This document shows, piece by piece, positions 1 to 8,993 of a stretch of DNA of 64,000 bases. The stretch's first letter is position 1, and every line of letters starts with the position of its first letter. Under the pieces are notes generated by a model, which was given only the letters and a program-made list of their open reading frames with translations, was not told the DNA's origin and did not search any database. The position numbers and the translations under genes were made by a program. This stretch comes from an uncultured Thermoplasmata archaeon. Lineage in GTDB: Archaea; Thermoplasmatota; Thermoplasmata; Lutacidiplasmatales; UBA184. Location: NCBI GenBank assembly GCA_963735185.1, contig CAVTJV010000007.1:1343009-1407008 (forward strand), given 5' to 3'.

Positions 1-265
1 CCTTCTCCCCCGTCCGATGGGAGGCGGCGTAGTACCCGTACGAGAGCGCGAACGCGAGGGAGAGCAGGTACGCCGCCGACATCCGCAGGAACGAGTACGA
101 GACATCGAGGGTCGCGGTGGGAAGGTAGCTCGCGAGCCCGGCGGCCGTGAAAGCTGGGTCGGCGGCCGCGAGCACCCCGATAGAGAGCGGGACCCCGAGG
201 TAGAGGAGCGTGGCAGGGCGGCTCCACCGCAGCCGGGCCGGCTTAGGGGAGGGAGCCGAACCCAC
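1..265 (-). CDS. Partial membrane protein, ABC-transporter permease-like; the gene's 5' part, its 3' end runs off the left edge
   Basis: Hand translation of the minus strand gives ...ARLRWSRPATLLYLGVPLSIGVLAAADPAFTAAGLASYLPTATLDVSYSFLRMSAAYLLSLAFALSYGYYAASHRTGEK, which is hydrophobic and permease-like. Candidate GTG starts at 265 or 325, after an in-frame TGA. Not in the ORF track because it is truncated. Confidence 0.35.
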   Translation of the reverse strand, partial: MGSAPSPKPARLRWSRPATLLYLGVPLSIGVLAAADPAFTAAGLASYLPTATLDVSYSFLRMSAAYLLSLAFALSYGYYAASHRTGEK

Positions 266-484
266 CGATGTTCCGCCGTTCGCCGGGTCCTCGGCCCTTG
301 GTGTGGAATCCGCGAGTCCGGTCACGTGGATTCACCCCCCCTCCGCCATGCATCCGTCCCGGCATGTACGCGCGGGGGGACTGTCCCGGTCTATTTGTGC
401 CGTGTGGTCGACTTTCGGACGGAGCTCTTCGGAAGCTCCTCCGCGCGGCAACGTTTATCAACGGCCCGAAGCTGGCACTCCCGT

Positions 485-591
485 AGCCCCGTAGTGTAGT
501 GGCCAATCATGCGAGACTCTGGATCTCGCGACGCAGGTTCGAACGCCGTGAAGGTCGGATTCTCTCACGGCCGAAACTCCTGCCGGGGCTA
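485..591 (+). tRNA. tRNA-Gln (anticodon CUG) with a roughly 34-nt intervening sequence inside the T-loop
   Basis: Acceptor stem AGCCCCG (485-491) pairs with CGGGGCT (584-590), discriminator A591. Anticodon stem is CGAGA/TCTCG around loop CTCTGGA (anticodon CTG at 519-521). T-stem GCAGG (533-537) pairs with CCTGC (579-583). The T-loop TTCGAA is followed by an insert carrying hairpin GCCGTGA (545-551)/TCACGGC (565-571). CCA is not encoded. Confidence 0.8.
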
Positions 592-797
592 CTCTCACGA
601 TCACGTCGTACTTCCGGTGCGGGGGTGCTCCAGCTCGGCCAATCCGTCCGACGCGTTCGGAGGGGCCACCGAGGCAGGGCTTAGGACCCTGTTGCCTAGG
701 GCATTCGCCGGTTCAAAGGGCGGGTCGGTCGACCGGACCGGCCCCCGGGAACTCCGGCCCCCCGCACTTCCTCCGGCGCTCTAGAAGGGTCGGTAGC

Positions 798-1697
798 ATG
801 GCCGAGACACGAGCCCTTCGCTCCCCTGCCGAGATCCTCCGCCTCTCGCACGAGGAGGCGGACGACCTACTGGACTACCTCGAGCGCCGCGTTCCCGTTC
901 GCCCCCCGTTGGTGGAGGACTCGGCGGGGATGGCCGAGGAGGCGGTCGTCTTCGGGGACTCCCACGGCGACTGGAGGTCGACGGAAGAGGTCGTGAAGCG
1001 GTATCGCGAGGGGAATCGATGCCTCATCGGCCTCGGGGATTACGTCGACCGGGCTCCCGAAGATTGCGGCGCGGGCTCGGTCGCGAACGGGCTGTATCTC
1101 CTGAGTCTCGCCGCCGAGGCTCCCGACCGTGTCTTCCTCATCCAGGGTAACCATGAGGTGGTCCGTCGGATCCCGGCGGTGCCGCACGACCTTCCGGACG
1201 AGGTGGATGAGCTGTGGGGACCGGACTCCACGCGCTACGACCGTCTCCTCGGGCTCTTCGAGAGGGGACCTTTGGCCGTCGTCACGTCCAACCGAGCCTA
1301 CCTCGCCCACGCGGGGTTTCCCCGGGGGAAGCTGCCCACTCCCTGGACGGAGGCGTTCGTCGAGCCGGATGAAGAGCGTCTCGCGGAGATCACATGGGCC
1401 GAGTGTGACGTCTCCCACATCCGACGGGGCGCCGCCCTACCCTGGGGAGAGCGGGAGTTCGACCGGTTCCTGCGCGTGGCCGACCTTCGGCTGATGCTAC
1501 GAGGCCACGACCCAGACCTCACCGGGCGACCCCTCTTCGGAGGAAGGTGCCTCACCCTCCACACGTCTCGTATCTACGAACGCTACGGCGGTGTGATCAT
1601 CGCCCGTCTTCCGCTTCGAACGCCCCTTCGGTCGCTTGCCGACGTCTCGGTCGAGCACCTGCCGACGGAAGGCCAGTCGTACCCCGTACCCGAGTGA
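798..1697 (+). CDS. Metallophosphoesterase, PPP-type Ser/Thr phosphatase-like
   Basis: Motifs GDSHGD, GDYVDR and GNHE appear in canonical order and spacing. Confidence 0.8.
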   Translation: MAETRALRSPAEILRLSHEEADDLLDYLERRVPVRPPLVEDSAGMAEEAVVFGDSHGDWRSTEEVVKRYREGNRCLIGLGDYVDRAPEDCGAGSVANGLYLLSLAAEAPDRVFLIQGNHEVVRRIPAVPHDLPDEVDELWGPDSTRYDRLLGLFERGPLAVVTSNRAYLAHAGFPRGKLPTPWTEAFVEPDEERLAEITWAECDVSHIRRGAALPWGEREFDRFLRVADLRLMLRGHDPDLTGRPLFGGRCLTLHTSRIYERYGGVIIARLPLRTPLRSLADVSVEHLPTEGQSYPVPE

Positions 1698-1778
1698 CCC
1701 CGTCCCACGGGCCGAGGCCACCGGCGTTCCGTCCTGACCATCGGCACAGGGGGGTGCGCGACCGAGTGAGCGAAGGTC

Positions 1779-2354
1779 TCACGTCCCCCGGAAGAGTTCC
1801 CTTTCCGAGGTCGTGATGTCCGACGGGCCCGAGGCCTCTCGGTACCGGTCGAGCCGTTCCCGGTTCACCTTGAGGAACTCGTCCCCCCCGGCGAAGCCGG
1901 TGATCACGTCCTCGGCCTCCTGGGTCCGTCCCAGGACGAACAAGGCCGCGCAGAACGCCTCCACGGTGTTCAGCTGCGCGACCCGCCCGTAGTGCTGGGG
2001 GTTCGTAGCGATCAGGACCGGGAGCCTGCGGTGGGTTCCGTGACGGCGGTCTCGTCCATCGTCCCCCGGGAATGCGCCGCGCGACGCGAGGCGGTTCCAC
2101 GAACAGTCCACCACGAGGAGGCCTCCTCCTTGAGCGGCCTCGAGGTCGGCGCCCGAGAGCGGCGTGGGAGCGTAGGGGTCGAGCACGACCGGGGAGGGGA
2201 AGCCCGCATCTTCCCGGGGGACCTGGACGACCCGCCCCCAATGCAACAGGCGGCGCCCGGTGCACGCCTTGGGATGGTCCTCGCCCGCCAACACGACGAG
2301 AAGGCGCAGCGGCGTGTTACGACGGGGGTTGCGCGTACTCCCGGAAGATCGCAT
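1779..2354 (-). CDS. tsr3: 16S rRNA aminocarboxypropyltransferase Tsr3 (DUF367 family)
   Basis: Tsr3-like signatures: LRLLVVLAGEDHPKACTGRRL, LLVVDCSWNRL, LIATNPQHYGRVAQLNTVEAFCAAL. The start overlaps the aldolase 3' end by 38 nt, so the true start may be internal. Confidence 0.75.
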   Translation of the reverse strand: MRSSGSTRNPRRNTPLRLLVVLAGEDHPKACTGRRLLHWGRVVQVPREDAGFPSPVVLDPYAPTPLSGADLEAAQGGGLLVVDCSWNRLASRGAFPGDDGRDRRHGTHRRLPVLIATNPQHYGRVAQLNTVEAFCAALFVLGRTQEAEDVITGFAGGDEFLKVNRERLDRYREASGPSDITTSERELFRGT

Positions 2355-3372
2355 GCATTTCCCGGGTCAGGCGGAGCGCGTCGGCTTTCGGCCGCTGCCA
2401 GAGGTTGCGACCGAAGATGATCCCTGTCCCGCCCGCGTCCATGGAGGACCGGACCTTGAGCAAGAGCTGTTCGTCGCTGATCTTCTCGCCGCCCGAGACG
2501 AGGACGAGCGTACGGCCGGCGCTCTGGACGACCTTCCGGAACGCCTCGGGCGGAGGAAGGCGCAGGGTGTTGTACGGGGCCGGGCTCTCCGCGTCCTTCT
2601 CGGAGGCGACCGGGTAGTTCAGCTTCACGACGTCGGCGCCGAGCTCGTGGGCGACGCGCGCTGCGTAGTCGACCGCGTACAGGCTCTCCTTGCCGCCCTT
2701 CTTCGCCACGGCCTCGCCGCGGGGGTACGCCCAGACGATGAGGGGCATCCCGAGGCGCAGGGCCTCCTTTCGGACATCGAGGAACTGTAGGAAATCGCGG
2801 TCCTGCGCGGGCGAGCCGACGTAGATCGTGTAGCCGACCGCGTCCGCGCCGAGACGCACCGCGTCCTCGACGGTCCCCGTGAGCGGGCTGAACGCCTGGG
2901 CGTCGCCCGGGATGGTGGTCTTCCCGTTCAGCTTGAGGATGAGCGGAACATCGCCCGCGTATTCGTGGAAGTACTTCTCGGCGAGCCCGATGTGGAGCGC
3001 GATCCCACTGAACTTTCCCTCCTTGGCGAGGTCGTACTGGTACTGGGGGTCGAGCGCGTCCGGGTTCGGGAAGAAGTCGACGGGGCCGTGCTCGAGCCCC
3101 TGGTCGATGGGGAGGACGAGGAGCGTGCCGCCGCCCGGACCATGCGTGTAGAGCAGGCGCTTCAACCGGGTCAGCTTCCCCGGGCCGAGTCCGAGGCGGC
3201 TGAGCCGAGGGCGGGCATACCGGTGGGGGGTGACGGCCGGGGCGACTGATCCGGCGGACAGGGGCGGAGGGGAGGTTTCGCTCATCGGAGCACCTTCGGC
3301 CGAGGACGGACCGCCGCAATTTAACCCTATTTCCCGCCGCGCCGGGCCGGTGAAGGTCCGTTTCCGATACAC
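2317..3372 (-). CDS. Class I fructose-bisphosphate aldolase (DhnA/FbaB, archaeal type)
   Basis: LVLPIDQGLEHGP, ILKLNG, ADAVGYTIYVGS, VWAYPRG and DVVKLNYP are typical of the DhnA family. An alternative, more plausible start is the ATG at 3285 (MSETS...). Confidence 0.8.
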   Translation of the reverse strand: MYRKRTFTGPARREIGLNCGGPSSAEGAPMSETSPPPLSAGSVAPAVTPHRYARPRLSRLGLGPGKLTRLKRLLYTHGPGGGTLLVLPIDQGLEHGPVDFFPNPDALDPQYQYDLAKEGKFSGIALHIGLAEKYFHEYAGDVPLILKLNGKTTIPGDAQAFSPLTGTVEDAVRLGADAVGYTIYVGSPAQDRDFLQFLDVRKEALRLGMPLIVWAYPRGEAVAKKGGKESLYAVDYAARVAHELGADVVKLNYPVASEKDAESPAPYNTLRLPPPEAFRKVVQSAGRTLVLVSGGEKISDEQLLLKVRSSMDAGGTGIIFGRNLWQRPKADALRLTREMHAIFREYAQPPS

Positions 3373-3430
3373 AACCCTTTATGGTCGGTCTCTCCGTGCC
3401 TCGTCCGCTCGGACGGAGACTTCGAGCCTC

Positions 3431-4315
3431 ATGCGTTCCCAGGTCGTCATCATCGCAACCCTGGTCCTTAACGGGGCGCTCTTTGCCCTCAACCTCGACG
3501 TAGCGCTGCTGTCGGGCAGCCGGGCGGTCCTCGCCCAGGCGATCTACAGCGTCACCGACCTCCTCGGGGCCGCCCTCCTCCTGTGGGGGCTCTACGCCTC
3601 TCGCCTACCCGCGGACTACCGCCACCCGTTCGGCCGGGGCAAGGAGCGGTTCTACTGGGCCCTCGTGTCGATCGTGGTGACGTTCACCGTCGCCGGCATC
3701 GTGGCCCTAACGACCGGCATCGACCAGGTCGCGAGCCCGGTCGCGATCTCCCACATCGGCGAGGCACTCCTCGTGGTCGGCGCGACCCTCGCGGTCAGCG
3801 CGATTGGCATCGCGGTCACCCTCCGGGAGCTTCGCCGTTCTCAGCAGACCCTCCAGGCCTTCCTCGAGTCCCGCCATATCGGGCTCAAGTCGGTCTTCTA
3901 CCAGGACGTGGTCTCCATCATCGGCTGCCTCGTAGCGTTCACGGCGCTGGTCGTGGTCTACCGGACCGGGCAGTACGCGGCGGACGGCGCGGCGGCCATC
4001 ATCGAGGGGGTTCTTCTCGTCATCACCGGCCTCGTCCTCACGCTCGAGAGCCGCGGGCTCCTCATCGGCCAGGCCCTCGACCCCGAGGAGGCCCGCACGA
4101 TCCTAAGCGTCGTGGAGCGGAACCCCCGCGTATCGAAGGTGCGCGCTCTTCAGTCGATGGTCCTCGGACCGGACGACGCGCTCCTTGCGCTGCGCGTCAA
4201 CTTCCACGACGGGCTGACCACCGACCAGATCGAAGCGACCATCGACGAGGTCACGCTGGCCTTGCAGCAGAGCCACCCGGTCCTGCGGCACATCGTCATC
4301 GAGCCGGAGTCGTAG
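3431..4315 (+). CDS. Cation diffusion facilitator (CDF) family metal efflux transporter
   Basis: Six hydrophobic segments, a HPFGRGKERFYW motif and a C-terminal cytoplasmic domain. I trimmed the track ORF from 3230 to the ATG at 3431 (MRSQVVII...). Confidence 0.75.
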   Translation: MRSQVVIIATLVLNGALFALNLDVALLSGSRAVLAQAIYSVTDLLGAALLLWGLYASRLPADYRHPFGRGKERFYWALVSIVVTFTVAGIVALTTGIDQVASPVAISHIGEALLVVGATLAVSAIGIAVTLRELRRSQQTLQAFLESRHIGLKSVFYQDVVSIIGCLVAFTALVVVYRTGQYAADGAAAIIEGVLLVITGLVLTLESRGLLIGQALDPEEARTILSVVERNPRVSKVRALQSMVLGPDDALLALRVNFHDGLTTDQIEATIDEVTLALQQSHPVLRHIVIEPES

Positions 4316-5561
4316 GCCGGACCACCGGTCCGAGTCGAACCTCCCGGTAGCGGAAGACCGAGAGGATCACGAGGGTGGCCCCGACGCCGCCGAAGAAGAG
4401 GTAGTAACCGTCGTTCCCGAAGCGTTCCACGAGCTGGGTACCCACGACGAGACCGAGCACCATGCCGAGCGAGATCGTGAGCGAGTAGATCGCCATCGTC
4501 GTGCCCCGACTGAGCGCGGATGCGAGGTCCGCGAGCGCCGCGAGGGCCGCCGGCCCGTAAGCGAGCGCGGCCAGAACGCACACGCCCAGGGCGGCCAGGA
4601 GCTCGGGGAGGGGACCGAAGGCGATCAAGAGCGAAGCGAAGACCATGACCCCGACGAAGCCCGCGACCCCGATGTTCATCAGGCGGGTTCGGCCGTAGCG
4701 GTCCGCAAGGCGCCCGAATCGAGGCTGGGAGAGGACGAGGAGGAAACCCCCTCCCGCGACCCCTGCGGCGAGGTACAGGTCCGAGAACCCGATGCTCGCG
4801 GACGCGCTCCCGACGAAGACGAGGACGTAGCCGATGAGCATGTAGACGATCAGCCACGGGAGCGTGACCAGCAGGACGCTGCGACGGAAGGCGTTCCGCA
4901 GGACCTGGCCGACCGGGAAGCCTTGGGCCGGAACCGTTCGGGGGAAGGTCCGGACGAGGTCCCACGCGAGCAGGAACCCGACCACCAACGTAGCCGCTCC
5001 GAGGACGAAGACCCAGGGAAGGGAGGCCACGGAGATCTCGTGGTCCTGGAGCAGTCCGAGGACCGCGATCCCGAACGCGAACCCGCCCAGCCAGCCCGCG
5101 AGATTCATCGCGTCGAAGCGGCCCATCTCGAGCCCGCGCTCGTCCTCGGTCGACCGGTCGGCAATGACGGCGAGGCTCGACGCCAGGATCGCCCCGCTCG
5201 CGATCCCGAAGACGAAGTTCAGCGCTCCGAGGGCGTAGACCGAGCGCGTGAGCGCGACCAGGCCAAAGAGGAGCGCCGAGCCGAGCATCCCCGTGAACAG
5301 CACCGGGAAGCGCCCGACCCGGTCGGTGGCGATCCCGGACAGCAGTACGGTCGTGAACTCGCCGACCGGGGCCATCGCCGCGACGAGACCGACCGTCCCC
5401 TCGTCGTTCCCGCTCAGGCCGGAGAGCCGGCCGAGGATGTAGCTCGCAAAGACCGCGAGCGTGATGCCGAAGGCGAAACGGACGAAGAAGGTCGCCTCGA
5501 ACACCGCGAGCAGCGACCGTCGGTGGAGGTCGGCGCTGGGGTCGGGCACCGCCTCGGCCAC
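4296..5561 (-). CDS. MFS transporter
   Basis: About 12 predicted TM segments and a GRLADRYGR-type loop motif. Its 3' end overlaps the convergent CDF gene by 20 nt. Confidence 0.75.
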   Translation of the reverse strand: MAEAVPDPSADLHRRSLLAVFEATFFVRFAFGITLAVFASYILGRLSGLSGNDEGTVGLVAAMAPVGEFTTVLLSGIATDRVGRFPVLFTGMLGSALLFGLVALTRSVYALGALNFVFGIASGAILASSLAVIADRSTEDERGLEMGRFDAMNLAGWLGGFAFGIAVLGLLQDHEISVASLPWVFVLGAATLVVGFLLAWDLVRTFPRTVPAQGFPVGQVLRNAFRRSVLLVTLPWLIVYMLIGYVLVFVGSASASIGFSDLYLAAGVAGGGFLLVLSQPRFGRLADRYGRTRLMNIGVAGFVGVMVFASLLIAFGPLPELLAALGVCVLAALAYGPAALAALADLASALSRGTTMAIYSLTISLGMVLGLVVGTQLVERFGNDGYYLFFGGVGATLVILSVFRYREVRLGPVVRPTTPAR

Positions 5562-5571
5562 GGCCGTCCGT

Positions 5572-5961
5572 TCAGCCCGCGGTCGGCGCGTGCTCGATGA
5601 GCTCGATCCAGACGTCGTTCGGGTCGAGGATGAACGCGATGCGGGAGCTACTCCCCGAGAGCCGGTACGGCTCCTTGGCGACCCGCACGCCCTTGGTACG
5701 GACCTTCATCAGGAATCGGTCGAGGTCCTCGACCTCGAACGCGAGGTGGTCGAGCTGCTCGCCCGCCTCGAACTGGTCCTTTCCGTCCCAATGGGTGAGC
5801 TCGACTCGAGCTCCCGAAGCGGGGTCGTGGACGAAGGCAATCTCGGCGTGGTTCTCCGGGATCGTTCGCCGTCGCTCGAACTGGAGTCCGAGGACCTCGG
5901 TGTAGAACGCGAGGCTCTCGTCCATGTGGCGAACGGTGATGGACGCGTGGAGGAACTTCAT
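5572..5961 (-). CDS. VOC family protein (glyoxalase I-like)
   Basis: 129 aa. H-x-A...E...H...E pattern (MKFLHASITV..., ELTHW, DHLAFEV, IELIE) typical of lactoylglutathione lyase-like VOC folds. Confidence 0.75.
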   Translation of the reverse strand: MKFLHASITVRHMDESLAFYTEVLGLQFERRRTIPENHAEIAFVHDPASGARVELTHWDGKDQFEAGEQLDHLAFEVEDLDRFLMKVRTKGVRVAKEPYRLSGSSSRIAFILDPNDVWIELIEHAPTAG

Positions 5962-6012
5962 GAAACAGCCTATTCGGGGAGCGGTTTCCGGTACTAAAAG
6001 CTCGGTGGGAGA

Positions 6013-7743
6013 CTACGGGTGACCGAAGACGACGCGCAGCGGTGTCGTCCCCGGGACCCAGTCCGACTCGATGCGGACGAACCCGACGCGCTCGAACTGG
6101 ACGATGTCTCCCGGCCGCGCTTCCGAGAGCGCGGCCTCGCCAAGTCCCGCCGAGTGGTCCCCTTCGAGCCCGAGCAGGTCGACCGCGACCGCTCCCTCGC
6201 TGCCGACCCACTGGAGTCGCGGAAGCTTGCGGTTCTCCCGGCTCGTGAAGACAGCGTGCATAGTTCCCCCCGGGGCCGGTTCCGTGGGCTCCAACCGGAC
6301 GTTCACCAGGTCCTTCAGGCGGACCTCTTCCCCGACGTGGGCCATCAAGTCCCGCCGGGGCAGGTAGAACGACGGACCCGTGACGACCGTCCGTCGCCCG
6401 AGCTCCGGCCGGTCCGGATGGTTCGCGAGGCTCACGTGCGCGAGGTCGAACGGATATCCCTCGACGTCGACGCGGACCGGGTCCGGGACGAACGCGCGAC
6501 GCACGGTGGTTGCATCGATCCGCTTGCGGTTCTCCGAGTAGAGGGTCTCCGCCGGGACCTCGATGTCGGCGAGCGACATCCCGAAGGAGAGGATGAAGTC
6601 GCGGAGCGCGTCCATCGAGATCCCGCGGCGAACGAGCGAACGGAGCGACCAGGTCCGTGGGTCCGCGAAGCCGTCGTAGAGCCCTGACTTCACCTCCTGG
6701 TAGGACTTGCTCTTCGCGACCTTCGCCTCCCGGACCCGGAGGATCCCCCAATGGACGAACGGAGGCCCCGGGATACCGAGGAGGTCCCAGACGTACCGCT
6801 GCATCTTGTCCTCCATCACGAGGTCTTTTCCCCGGAGGACGTGGGTGACCCCGAGCTCGATGTCGTCCACGGCCCAGGAGAACTCCAGCATCGGCCAGAC
6901 GCTGTACTTCCGACCCACCCGAGGGTGGTCGAGGTCGCTGATCCGCATCAGGACGCGGTCCCGGAACGCCGGGTCGGGGTCCGCCATGTCGGTCCTCAGC
7001 CGAAGGACCGCTTCGCCCGGCCCGTAGACGTTCCCGAGCATCTTCTCCCACTCCTCGAGCGTATCGGAGACCGTCTGCGCCCGTTCCGGGCAGGCACGGC
7101 CCGCGACGCGGTTCTGCCCCAGGAGCTCCTGCGGGCAGCGACAGACGTAGGCGCCCCCCTTCTCGATGACCCGACGGGCCCATGGGTAGAACGCGGGGAT
7201 CCGGTCCGACTTGTAGTAGACGGCGTCCGGCCGGACCCCGGCCAGCTCGCAGTCGCCGAGGATGAGGTCGAAGAACTCGGTCTCGATCCGCTTGGCCGCG
7301 GACCCGACCGTGTCGTCGAAGACGAGGAGGAGCTTCCCGTTGTACCGTTCGCGGTACAGCTGGTGGACGAACAGCATCCGGGAGTTGCCGATGTGGAGGA
7401 CCCCGCTCGGGAACGGCGCCATGCGAAGGACCACCTTCCCTCGCACGGCTCCCAAGAGCTCCGGAAAGTCCGGAGCCTCGTTCCGCGCCACCCGGGCCGG
7501 CCCGGTTTGGGGACCTCCAAGGACCGCGAGGCGGTCCTCGAGCTCTGCCGGCGGAAGGCCCCGGATCTCGGCTACGATCTCGGAAACGAGCGACCGGACC
7601 GCATCCGCCTGAGGACGTAGCGAAGCGTCGGTCGCCAGCAACCGTGCCACGATCGGGCCCGCCTGGGCGGCGCCGTCGTGCGCGAGCGCGTTCTCGAGGG
7701 CCGTTCGGCGGGCCCGAGCCTCGACCTCCGGGGAGAGCGCCAC
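6013..7743 (-). CDS. gltX: Glutamyl-tRNA synthetase, archaeal type
   Basis: HIGH motif (APFPSGVLHIGNSR), LLVFDDT, a KMSKS-like VAKSKS, and a C-terminal anticodon-binding region. GTG start at 7743. Confidence 0.9.
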   Translation of the reverse strand: MALSPEVEARARRTALENALAHDGAAQAGPIVARLLATDASLRPQADAVRSLVSEIVAEIRGLPPAELEDRLAVLGGPQTGPARVARNEAPDFPELLGAVRGKVVLRMAPFPSGVLHIGNSRMLFVHQLYRERYNGKLLLVFDDTVGSAAKRIETEFFDLILGDCELAGVRPDAVYYKSDRIPAFYPWARRVIEKGGAYVCRCPQELLGQNRVAGRACPERAQTVSDTLEEWEKMLGNVYGPGEAVLRLRTDMADPDPAFRDRVLMRISDLDHPRVGRKYSVWPMLEFSWAVDDIELGVTHVLRGKDLVMEDKMQRYVWDLLGIPGPPFVHWGILRVREAKVAKSKSYQEVKSGLYDGFADPRTWSLRSLVRRGISMDALRDFILSFGMSLADIEVPAETLYSENRKRIDATTVRRAFVPDPVRVDVEGYPFDLAHVSLANHPDRPELGRRTVVTGPSFYLPRRDLMAHVGEEVRLKDLVNVRLEPTEPAPGGTMHAVFTSRENRKLPRLQWVGSEGAVAVDLLGLEGDHSAGLGEAALSEARPGDIVQFERVGFVRIESDWVPGTTPLRVVFGHP

Positions 7744-7766
7744 GTTCTCGCCGACCTCCCGGCGGA

Positions 7767-8601
7767 TTAAAGGGGTTCCCCGGGGGGACCGTCTCGGGGA
7801 CCGGTCGGGAACGGCCCGGTCGGGCCATCGCTTCCGCGACCGCCTCCGCGAGCGTCATCTCGCCCTGGAGCACGCGGTGCGCGCTCGAGCGGGAGATCGT
7901 CAGCCGTCCTCCGCTTCCTTCGCGGCTCAGCCGCTGTAGGTTCGCGATCTCGCCGGGAGTGACGGTGAGCGGGAGCGGTTCCCGGACGGGGTGGCCGGGC
8001 AGATGGGCGATCGTGCGAGCGGCGGCCGCGTCGCGGGGTCGACGATGCCCCCGCGGCGTCGTGCCCTGTTCGTCCACGAGCTCCACCGACCGGTTATGCT
8101 CCAAGAGCGAGTTCACGATCCGGTTCCGTGCGGGCGGGTCTCCCCGACCGACCCGGAAGAGGACCGTGCGGGACGGGAACCGGTGCCGCAGCTGGCTCGC
8201 GAACGTTCCGGCCGACTCGGGGGATTCGAGTATCCCCTCCGCCAGGACGGTTGCCCCGGCGAGGATGGAGTACCCGGTCGGGGCCCGGGGTCGAGGCCGA
8301 CCACGATCGTCTCGGTGGGGTCGGCGGACTCTAGAGCGTGCCGGACCGCGGCGGCCAGGCTCCGGCGGTCGGCGGCCTCGGTGACCGGCAGGACGTTCGA
8401 GTGCGAGATCAGGGGAGCCTCCGAGTTCGAGGTGAGCACCACCGCGACCTGGTCCGGGATCCGGTCGCCCGGCAAAAGGCTGATCGTCGGTACGTGTCGC
8501 TCCCGCAAGAACCCCGCGAGCTCGTGGTAGAGCTCAGGGTCCCGAGTCACGAGTGCGACCGACCGGTGTCTCACTGAGGACCTGACGGTGATATACGCCA
8601 T
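7767..8601 (-). pseudogene. RNase H-fold nuclease (RuvX/YqgF- or RuvC-like) read through two apparent single-base frame breaks
   Basis: Frame 1 (8601 downwards) ends ...TETIVVGLDPGPRP. The next frame continues TGYSILAGATVLAEG...SVELVDEQGTTPRG...MTLAEAVAEAMARPG. GLDPG..TGY and VDE..TT match the YqgF/RuvC layout. Breaks sit at the C/G run 8281-8290 and the G6 run 7782-7787. Adding one base at each gives a single roughly 278-aa ORF ending at TAA 7769-7767. Confidence 0.6.
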
Positions 8602-8606
8602 TAACC

Positions 8607-8993
8607 TTGTCCCCGGACGTGCCGGTCTGTCTCCACTGCGGCGAGATCGCGAACGAAGGGGCGTTGTTCTGCACGAAGTGCGGATTTACCCTTCCCCAAG
8701 TCGATGCATCGGCGGGGACCAACGCCGGCCCTCCCGCCTCCCCAGCCACCCCCGCGCCCGGGGCGCCTCTCGGAACTCCGCTCCGCGGGGCGCCCCAGCC
8801 TCCTCCCTCGCCTCCCTCCGTCGGTGCTCCCTTTGCCTGCATGCCCGGAGGTTACGCCACGCTCGCCCCGCCAATTCCCGGGGCGGTGGGACCGATTCCG
8901 CCGCCTCCGGCGGGGAAGTACTGCATTCGGTGTAGAACGATCATCAGCCACGCCGCGGTCTACTGTCCCGTATGCCAGCAACCTCAATCGTGA
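8607..8993 (+). CDS. Double zinc-ribbon protein with a Pro-rich linker
   Basis: N-terminal CLHCG...CTKCG and C-terminal CIRCR...CPVCQ flank a P/A-rich spacer. The start is uncertain: TTG at 8607 or GTG at 8619. Confidence 0.55.
   Translation: MSPDVPVCLHCGEIANEGALFCTKCGFTLPQVDASAGTNAGPPASPATPAPGAPLGTPLRGAPQPPPSPPSVGAPFACMPGGYATLAPPIPGAVGPIPPPPAGKYCIRCRTIISHAAVYCPVCQQPQS

Noticed and set aside
2012-3319. 435-aa ORF, plus similar long ORFs at 1597..2265, 8601..9608, 25809..27680, 28016..29302, 37013..38173, 54347..55018 and 62826..63878
   Set aside because: They have low-complexity Arg/Pro/Gly/Ala composition, which is typical of out-of-frame or antisense translation of high-GC genes. Each overlaps a gene with recognisable family motifs.
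5648-8116. 822-aa ORF on the minus strand, the longest in this part of the track
   Set aside because: It is an R/P/G-rich shadow frame running through gltX and the VOC gene, and the gltX frame has clear synthetase motifs. Only its first roughly 115 codons (8116 to about 7770) are real coding sequence, belonging to the frameshifted nuclease gene.
7782-8290. Programmed ribosomal frameshifting or true pseudogenisation at the five homopolymer sites
   Set aside because: All five need the same correction, one added base in a G/C run. They include a central-metabolism operon gene. No slippery heptamer or stimulatory structure is evident. Assembly error is the more parsimonious reading, but it needs read-level confirmation.
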